Assembly: GCA_018813375.1 (NCBI GenBank)
Contig: JAHJBU010000053.1
Span: 1-33,028 of the forward strand
Reading direction: 5' to 3'
Source: Patescibacteria group bacterium
GTDB lineage: Bacteria > Patescibacteriota > Microgenomatia > UBA1400 > PJMF01
DNA: 33,028 nucleotides
Shown: positions 26,711-33,028 of the stretch, in pieces
Layout: each line of letters begins with the position of its first letter
Numbering within the stretch: the first letter of the stretch is position 1
Made by a program: the position numbers and the translations under genes
Notes under the pieces: model-generated
Databases searched by the model: none
Told to the model about the DNA's origin: nothing
Seen by the model: only the letters and a program-made list of their open reading frames with translations

Positions 26711-27697
26711 ATGGCACAAACACAAGATGACCGAACTAAAACGACTTTTATCTCAAACATTGCTGATGTTTCTTTGTCACACTTGCTTGAGTTAATGATT
26801 GCTCTTAGTGAATATAGGGAAGGACTAGTGCTTATCGGTGGTTGGGTTCCCTATCTATTGCTCAAGCATTATCAGCCTTCAAGTGTGGATTTTCAGCATA
26901 TCGGTTCTAAAGATATAGATATTGCGGTCAATCCCAAAATTGTCGATGAATCTGGCTATGCCTCTATTTTAGAAATATTAAAGCAACGAAGTTACGAGCC
27001 TAAACTAGATATAAAAGGTAATTCAATTCAACATTCTTTTGTAAAGAATGTCACTACCAACAGAGGTGAAGGGCAAATTCAAATCGATTTCCTGGGCCCT
27101 GAATACGGTGGAACCAAGAAAAGCAAGCGTCATCAACGGATTCAGAATGATTTTCTTGTCAGAAAAGCCAGAGGTGTAGATGTAATGTTTGATCATGCAA
27201 TAGATGTTGTTCTTGAAGGAAAACTTCCTGATGGAGCTGAAGGTCAGACAACCATTAAAATGGCGAATATTGTAGGGATCATGACGATGAAAGGTATTGT
27301 TGTTGGCTCTCGCTATAAGCAGAAAGATGCCTACGATATTCACAGCTTAATTTTATATTACAAATCTGGACCACTTGCTGTGGCAAAAGAAGTCAGGCCG
27401 TTTATTGATAATGGTTTAGTGAAGGAAGCGCTTGAATCTATCCATGAAAAGTTTCGTTCTCGAGAAGCAGAAGGTCCAAGTTGGGTGGCAGATTTCTTGG
27501 AGGCTACCGATGAGCTTAGAGAGCAAATCAAAACACAGGCATACCTGCAGGTCCAACGTTTTTTAACAGCTCTATATGAACTACCTCAGATTTCTGAGGA
27601 AGAAGGTCCTGCAATTCCAGAGGAGATTCCAGATATTGATAGACTTAGAGAGCAAGTGATAAAAAGACCTTTGAATAGGTCTTTTTTAATTATGTGA
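26711..27697 (+). CDS. Nucleotidyltransferase (AbiEii-like toxin)
   Basis: LVLIGGWVP...GSKDID...IDFL...MK...KDAYDI. Confidence 0.75.
   Translation: MAQTQDDRTKTTFISNIADVSLSHLLELMIALSEYREGLVLIGGWVPYLLLKHYQPSSVDFQHIGSKDIDIAVNPKIVDESGYASILEILKQRSYEPKLDIKGNSIQHSFVKNVTTNRGEGQIQIDFLGPEYGGTKKSKRHQRIQNDFLVRKARGVDVMFDHAIDVVLEGKLPDGAEGQTTIKMANIVGIMTMKGIVVGSRYKQKDAYDIHSLILYYKSGPLAVAKEVRPFIDNGLVKEALESIHEKFRSREAEGPSWVADFLEATDELREQIKTQAYLQVQRFLTALYELPQISEEEGPAIPEEIPDIDRLREQVIKRPLNRSFLIM
27581..27687 (-). repeat. Cassette junction: type-D tail + GAGC core 27650-27653 + right arm R1
   Basis: Minus strand LLSKSINIWNLLWNCRTFFLRNLR*, followed on + by AAGTGATAAAAAGACCTTTGAATAGGTCTTTTTT. Confidence 0.75.
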
Positions 27698-27709
27698 TAG
27701 AATACTTGG

Positions 27710-28579
27710 ATGATTAAAAAAAATATTCAAGCAATTATTTTAGATGTAGATGGAGTAATTATTGGTGAGAAGATTGGTTTTAATTCCCCTCATCCTCATC
27801 CAGATGTAATTGCAGCTCTTAAAGAAATTCAAAATAAAGGCATCCCTGTTAGTCTTTGTACCGCTAAACCTCACTTTGCTATTAGTAAAGAAATTAAGGA
27901 TGCCGATTTAGATAATGTTCATATCACAGATGGTGGTGGAGTGATTATTAATCCTTTAGATAATCAGATTGTCACTCAAAATAATGTGCCTACAGAAAGT
28001 GCAGTTAAAGTTATTCAAGCTTTCTTAGATGCTGGAGTTTATACCGAGTTTTACACTGTAGATAATTACGTTATTCAAAAATCACAAGCTGTAGACATTA
28101 CTCAGAAGCACAATCATGTGATTCAAGCTGAACCTAAACAAGTAGACTCTTTAGTAGAAGCTGCCAAACAAGCACAAATTACCAAAATTATGCCCATTGC
28201 AGTTGATGAAGCTGATAGGGAAAATTTAAATAAAATCTTTGAGCCTTTTAAAGATGAGTTAGTCATGAGTTGGGGTGTTCATCCAGTTATTCTTCCACTT
28301 CAATTTGGAATTGTGACTGCTCCAGGAATATCTAAAAAACAGGGTGCGATGGAAATATCCAAAGCCACGGGAATTTCTTTAGAAGATACTTTGGGTGTGG
28401 GTGATAGTGGTAGCGATTGGCAGTTTATTGAAATGTGTGGCTATGGAGCAGTCATGGGTAATGCTAAACAAGACCTAAAAGATTTAGTAGCCACTAAAGG
28501 AGAAGATAGATCATTTGTAGGGCCAAGCGTGGATGAGAATGGGATTTTAGAGATACTTAAGCATTTTGAGTTAATATGA
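27710..28579 (+). CDS. Cof-type HAD-IIB hydrolase
   Basis: ILDVDGV, CTAK, ISKK, GVGDSGSDW, MGNA. Confidence 0.9.
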   Translation: MIKKNIQAIILDVDGVIIGEKIGFNSPHPHPDVIAALKEIQNKGIPVSLCTAKPHFAISKEIKDADLDNVHITDGGGVIINPLDNQIVTQNNVPTESAVKVIQAFLDAGVYTEFYTVDNYVIQKSQAVDITQKHNHVIQAEPKQVDSLVEAAKQAQITKIMPIAVDEADRENLNKIFEPFKDELVMSWGVHPVILPLQFGIVTAPGISKKQGAMEISKATGISLEDTLGVGDSGSDWQFIEMCGYGAVMGNAKQDLKDLVATKGEDRSFVGPSVDENGILEILKHFELI

Positions 28580-28687
28580 AACAAAAAAACCTAGAAGGTT
28601 GGAATCGAACTAAATTTTACTCAAGTAGAAAGGTTTGATTTTTTTATACCCCGAATAGGACACTCTAACTTCTGTTATAATTTCCTT

Positions 28688-28858
28688 ATGAAACCACACA
28701 TATCAATCATCACCTTGGGTGTTAAGAATTTAGAGCGTTCTACAAAGTTTTATGAGGATTTAGGATTCCCTGTAGAAAGAAGTGAGGATATCACCTTCAT
28801 AAAAACTTCAAAAGTTACGAGAATGGCTTTGTACAGTCTCGAAAATTTAGCTTATTAG
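28688..28858 (+). pseudogene. VOC/glyoxalase family, truncated
   Basis: MKPHISIITLGVKNLERSTKFYEDLGF..., only 56 aa. Confidence 0.75.
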
Positions 28859-28863
28859 TTTAA

Positions 28864-28976
28864 TTATTTTCTGTTGGATATATCTAGTTGATCAATAAGT
28901 ACTCTAATCTCTTCTCTGGCAATAGTCACTAATTTTGATTTATACTCGTTCCGAAACGAGTCCAGCATGGGGGAGC
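28864..28976 (-). repeat. Cassette junction: type-C tail + GAGC core 28973-28976
   Basis: CGAGTCCAGCATGGGGGAGC. Minus strand MLDSFRNEYKSKLVTIAREEIRVLIDQL...*. Confidence 0.85.
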
Positions 28977-29012
28977 GCATAGTACAGACTTCGAAGTATA
29001 ATTAAACAAATT

Positions 29013-29759
29013 ATGTTAGAAAATCAAATTTTGTGTGAACATGAAAAAGCTGACGAACTTAAAGCAAAAGAAAACCTCTGGTCAAAAATAAGAGAGGGAA
29101 TGAGTAGAATATTTTTTCACGATGCTCGACCTCCTTTAAGAAAAAGATTTGTAGATGCTCAATTAATCATTGGTTCTGATCCAGCTTCTACTGAAGATTT
29201 TGAAACAAGAGCTGAGCATATAGCAGAATTGAAAAAATATTATGAGTCTTTTTTTAATCATTTAATGGAAAAAAGGATTGATTTGCAACAAATACAAAAA
29301 ATTTTAATTTTGGGTCCTGGCTATGTAGAAAGCCAGAGTATTTTTCAAGGATTAAAAGCGTGTTGTGATGAGTCTGGAGTTCAATCATTAACTTTAGTTG
29401 ATGGTGATAGAGAAGTTATTGATTATCTTAATAAAATGAAAATTACTGATATGCCTGGGGTAGACGTTATTGTTAATCATATGGATTTTGCTAGCTATTT
29501 AGGTGATGCTAGTAATAGGTTTGATTTAATCGTTGTAGCGAATCCCGGTCCGAATACAACCGATAAAGACTTAGGAGTTAATGAATCCAATCTTGCCATC
29601 GTTCACAACCTTCTTAATAAAAATGGTCTTTTACTTGCACGAGGTGAGGTTGCAGATTTAAATGAGTTTTTAGAGAAATCACAAAATTTTATTTTTTTTA
29701 ACAAATATATTAGTGGTGCTACTATACCTTTTGCTTTTGTTACTTGGAAAAAAGGTTAA
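29013..29759 (+). CDS. Class I SAM-dependent methyltransferase-like protein
   Basis: ILILGPG, LTLVDGD, FDLIVV, LLNKNGLL. Confidence 0.65.
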   Translation: MLENQILCEHEKADELKAKENLWSKIREGMSRIFFHDARPPLRKRFVDAQLIIGSDPASTEDFETRAEHIAELKKYYESFFNHLMEKRIDLQQIQKILILGPGYVESQSIFQGLKACCDESGVQSLTLVDGDREVIDYLNKMKITDMPGVDVIVNHMDFASYLGDASNRFDLIVVANPGPNTTDKDLGVNESNLAIVHNLLNKNGLLLARGEVADLNEFLEKSQNFIFFNKYISGATIPFAFVTWKKG

Positions 29760-29890
29760 GTTTCAATTTTGTATTGCTGAACTGGTATTGAGAGTAATCT
29801 AGTCAATTGCTCAGTAAATACTTGAGTATCTTCCTTGGTGATTGTCAATAGTTTTGACTCATACCCGTTCCGTAACAAGTTCACTAAGAA
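29756..29890 (-). repeat. Type-C tail (junction core eroded)
   Basis: Minus strand NLLRNGYESKLLTITKEDTQVFTEQLTRLLSIPVQQYKIET*. Confidence 0.8.
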
Positions 29891-29898
29891 AAGTGTTA

Positions 29899-29931
29899 TG
29901 TCGCGATTTATGTCGTGATTCTGTCGTGATT
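29899..29931 (+). promoter_or_regulatory. Triple direct repeat operator upstream of fic
   Basis: TGTCGYGATT at 29899, 29911 and 29922, just before TGGTATACT (-10-like). Confidence 0.6.
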
Positions 29932-29948
29932 TATGGTATACTCATAAT

Positions 29949-30992
29949 ATGTATTCGCCTAAATTTATTATTACCCCTCAGCTTAATAATCAGATTGCTC
30001 AAATTGAGAAATTTAAACAAGTGGTTGAGACTAGTCGGATTATTCCTGAACAGGAAATAAGCCTTCGCTATAGATCTATGCTTGAGTCAGTGCATAGCTC
30101 CACTTCGATAGAGGGCAATCCTTTAAGTCCCCAACAAGTCCAAGATGTGATTATTGGTAGAAAAATACGCGCAATAGATCAAGCAGTCATTGAAGTTGAG
30201 AATTACAAAAAAGCTTTAGATTGGTTTGAGCAACGGGTAGAAACAAAAAAAAAGCTGTCAGCTCAAGATGCATTTAAACTTCACTCAATGGTTGTGGATC
30301 GATTATTACCAGCTAAAAAAATTGGGCAAATTAGACCTGGTCAAATTTATATTATTGATGAAATTGGTGATCAAGACATTATTCAGTACACAGGACCAAA
30401 CCCTAGTAAGGTTAAAAGTTTGTTGGACAATTTGTTTTTTTGGATTAAAAATAAAGGCAAAGAACTTCACCCCGTATTATTAGCAGGCATTCTTCACTAT
30501 GAATTTGTCTCAATTCATCCTTTTAGTGACGGCAATGGTCGAGTAACTCGTCTTTTAACTAAACTATTATTATCACTTAATCATTACGACTTCAAAGGTG
30601 TCTTAGTGCTAGATAATTATTATGCTCAAGATAGACTCGCATATTACCAAGCTTTGAGCTTAGGTAGAACTTACTCGCAAAGAAATAAGGCAGACCTTAC
30701 TCCTTGGTTGGAGTATTTTGTTGGCGGGGTAGTAATAGAGGCAGAAGCCTTGGCAGAAGAATTTAGTGTTATTAGTTTAAAAGAGGGGGAAGTACGGGTA
30801 AAGTTATCTAAAGAAGAGATTTCTATTCTTTCTTTTGTTAAACATTTTGGGCAGATTTCGCTGGCTGAAGCTAGGGATATGGTAAAAGGTACTGATAGAA
30901 CTGTTCAGAGAAGGTTAAAAAAATTAGTTGTTGATGGGTTTCTAGAACAACAAGACCAGGCTAGAAGAGCGTACTATAAACTAAAGTCCTAG
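29949..30992 (+). CDS. Fic family protein with C-terminal wHTH
   Basis: HPFSDGNGRVTR, STSIEGN, RTVQRRLKKLV. Confidence 0.92.
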   Translation: MYSPKFIITPQLNNQIAQIEKFKQVVETSRIIPEQEISLRYRSMLESVHSSTSIEGNPLSPQQVQDVIIGRKIRAIDQAVIEVENYKKALDWFEQRVETKKKLSAQDAFKLHSMVVDRLLPAKKIGQIRPGQIYIIDEIGDQDIIQYTGPNPSKVKSLLDNLFFWIKNKGKELHPVLLAGILHYEFVSIHPFSDGNGRVTRLLTKLLLSLNHYDFKGVLVLDNYYAQDRLAYYQALSLGRTYSQRNKADLTPWLEYFVGGVVIEAEALAEEFSVISLKEGEVRVKLSKEEISILSFVKHFGQISLAEARDMVKGTDRTVQRRLKKLVVDGFLEQQDQARRAYYKLKS

Positions 30993-31012
30993 CTTGGTTC
31001 AACGCGGGGAGC
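30984..31012 (-). repeat. Cassette junction type A (LPALNQART)
   Basis: AAGTCCTAGCTTGGTTCAACGCGGGGAGC, containing the Fic stop TAG. Confidence 0.9.
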
Positions 31013-31036
31013 TGATTATAGACCGTTTTAGAGACT

Positions 31037-31648
31037 TTATTTTTCTTCTGTTTCAGGCACTTCTTCTGCTTGAGGAATAACTTCGGTTTCGATGGCAACT
31101 TCTGCATTAGGTGTGACTTCTAACTCAGGAGATTTTTGAGTTTCAGGAAGTACTTCAGTTTTAGTGACAATTTCTGCCTCAGGGATTTTTTTAGTCTCAA
31201 TTTTTACTGATTCTGTTTTTGCAACTTTTTTGATTTTTGACTTTTTCTTTTTTGTTTTTTTAACTTCAGCCTTGATTTCTTCTTGTTGCGGAGCTATTGC
31301 CTTGAGAATTATATCTAATTTTGCATTGATAGTTTCAAATTGTTTGCCAAAATTTTCTTGAGGTCGACTATTTGGAGCTGAAAAACTTCTTCTGCTTGAA
31401 GTATTGGGTCTTCTAGTGTTGCTACCACTATTTCTTCTTTTTTCAAAACAGTCGCTGCAATAAATTGGTTTTCCAGAGCTAGGCATGAAAGGAACTTGGC
31501 AGTTATTGCCACAATCTGAACAGATTGCATCATGCATTTGACTGCGACCAGAATTTTGTGAACCAAAGCGAGATCTTCCTTGACCTCTATCTTCAAATCT
31601 TCGCCCACCCTGAGATCTACCAGACCTATTATTATTGTAATTATTCAT
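31037..31648 (-). CDS. CxxC-x17-CxxC domain protein
   Basis: MHDAICSDCGNNCQVPFMPSSGKPIYCSDCF, R/G-rich N-terminus, K/E-rich tail. Confidence 0.9.
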   Translation of the reverse strand: MNNYNNNRSGRSQGGRRFEDRGQGRSRFGSQNSGRSQMHDAICSDCGNNCQVPFMPSSGKPIYCSDCFEKRRNSGSNTRRPNTSSRRSFSAPNSRPQENFGKQFETINAKLDIILKAIAPQQEEIKAEVKKTKKKKSKIKKVAKTESVKIETKKIPEAEIVTKTEVLPETQKSPELEVTPNAEVAIETEVIPQAEEVPETEEK

Positions 31649-31798
31649 GATTGTGGACTCTTTACTTTATTAAATATTAATTCTATTATATCAGGAAAAT
31701 GTTTAACTCAGGCAGAGAAACAAACAAAAGCCCTTTATAGCAATTTCATGAGTCTACAACTTGACAAGAGATTTTTAAAACTTAAACTTTATAAATAA

Positions 31799-32992
31799 TT
31801 ACTCCAAGCTATTGGCAATTGTAATTAGATCTTCTAAGCTGGATTGAGGACTCATTAGTGAAATCAAAATATTGTCAGTAGTCACAAAGGTAACTGTCTT
31901 AATTTGAAAATTGCCTGTTTCTGAGTTTGTAATAATTAATGTGGCCTGGTTGTTGATAGCGTTAGGCATGGCTATTTGTTTAGTGTCGGTATTAGAAGGA
32001 AAAATAGAGTCAACATAATTTGTAAAATTAAAACCAGTAGGAACATCAACCTGATTCATCACAATTAAAGAAGGGCTATTTCTAGCATAAAGCATGTCGT
32101 TTAATGAATGATCAAATGCAACTCTTATATAGTCAGTTCTGCCAGCTAGGTTATGTTTAGGAGAGTTGTTTAGGTAAAAGTTGGTAGCATAAACACGGTT
32201 ATTGGGCAATCTAGTTGGTCTATAGATATGAATATCAGTTTGTTCAGACAGTTGAGTGAGACCATGATCTGTATCTGTTGACTGTATGTATGTTTGAATA
32301 AGAAGAAAGCTAGAAGGCAATATAAGGATCGCACAAGTGATAATTAAAAAAGTTTTTTTTCCAGCTGTAAGTGGAGTAGCTGGTAGTGTGAATTTTTTAT
32401 ACGAAATTAACAAAAGAATAAGAATTATAACTGCAACTAAATAATCAAGCGAAATACTGCTGAAGATTGATGCCATGCCATTTATACCCGCTATTACCTC
32501 TTGGGTGTCATTGGTAATTTGAAAATTTGCTTTGTAAATTAAGGGCAACGTGGCGTTGATGATAATTGTTAAAACTATTGGCACAATCAGTACTATTGCA
32601 AGTGAGATAAGCCAACTTTTTTTTGAGCCATCTTTTACTTTAAAGGCAGAAAAAAGGTATATGCCGCTGGCAATTGCAAAAATGATCGGGAACCAACCAT
32701 AGCCAGGAATGAGAGAAAGAAAATCTGCTGATATTAAACCATGGCTTGCAGAAGCAATACTATATTTTAAAATTAGTAAGATTGCCATATTGCCAAGCCA
32801 CATGATTCCAGCAAGGAATGCCAATAAAATCAACAACAGAGAAATTGATTTGCAACTTTTTGGTGGATCTAATAAATCTGGAGTTGGAGTTACTAAAGGA
32901 CTTGGTTGATTGATGGGAACAACTGGTTGAGTGGGTTGTAGTGGTTGATTTGAGACGGGTTGGAGGGGTTGAAGAGCAAGGGGTTGTTGCAT
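31799..32992 (-). CDS. Multi-pass membrane protein with Pro/Gln-rich N-terminus
   Basis: 397 aa, about 5 TM helices and a soluble C-terminal domain. Confidence 0.75.
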   Translation of the reverse strand: MQQPLALQPLQPVSNQPLQPTQPVVPINQPSPLVTPTPDLLDPPKSCKSISLLLILLAFLAGIMWLGNMAILLILKYSIASASHGLISADFLSLIPGYGWFPIIFAIASGIYLFSAFKVKDGSKKSWLISLAIVLIVPIVLTIIINATLPLIYKANFQITNDTQEVIAGINGMASIFSSISLDYLVAVIILILLLISYKKFTLPATPLTAGKKTFLIITCAILILPSSFLLIQTYIQSTDTDHGLTQLSEQTDIHIYRPTRLPNNRVYATNFYLNNSPKHNLAGRTDYIRVAFDHSLNDMLYARNSPSLIVMNQVDVPTGFNFTNYVDSIFPSNTDTKQIAMPNAINNQATLIITNSETGNFQIKTVTFVTTDNILISLMSPQSSLEDLITIANSLE

Positions 32993-33028
32993 TATTTTAG
33001 TTTAGCATATATAATACTCTCTTACTTA

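Noticed and set aside
10185..31012. CRISPR array interpretation of the ~29-bp repeat
   Set aside because: Spacing is 0.5-4 kb with whole genes between copies, the copies are degenerate, and there are no cas genes.
9654..31012. Classical integron with attC sites
   Set aside because: There is no RYYYAAC...GTTRRRY palindromic structure and no tyrosine integrase, and the modules appear to carry their own promoters.
6017..32909. Short antisense or alternate-frame ORFs in the track (e.g. 6784-7023, 10372-10677, 16817-17128, 21646-21834, 23270-23581, 27023-27343, 29842-30060, 31315-31608)
   Set aside because: They are shadows of well-supported genes or of junction sequence and have no recognisable motifs.

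Overview
AT-rich accessory region, probably from a Patescibacteria/CPR-type genome (inferred from gene content and style). From 1 to ~3550 is the right end of a defence-like cluster (RloB, AlbA/Schlafen, HEPN-like, membrane protein). Next is a large serine recombinase (LSR) remnant truncated at both ends, followed by an IS256-family element with perfect 36-bp TIRs. From ~9.7 to 31.0 kb unrelated 1-4-gene modules (3 Fic, 2 HAD, 2 NUDIX, TspO, EamA, type IV TA, ATP-grasp, caspase-like module, several pseudogenes) are separated by ~17 same-orientation junction sites. Most junctions have a GAG(C/T) core. Left of the core, the minus strand reads as a short start-less peptide conserved at protein level (LPxLDQVRT..., LExWYEFGRIDW...YPEW, DSxRNxYxSxLxTIxxE, RLVAQIxEEIEKV), which resembles LSR C-terminal tails. 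Right of the core are a few recurrent arm types that are shuffled independently of the left arms. My main hypothesis is an integron-like gene-cassette array driven by a serine recombinase whose att site lies inside its own 3' coding end, with each cassette carrying a replacement C-terminus. An IS1202-family element with a 15-bp TSD interrupts a NUDIX gene. I found no intact recombinase, tRNA, rRNA or CRISPR array in the window.
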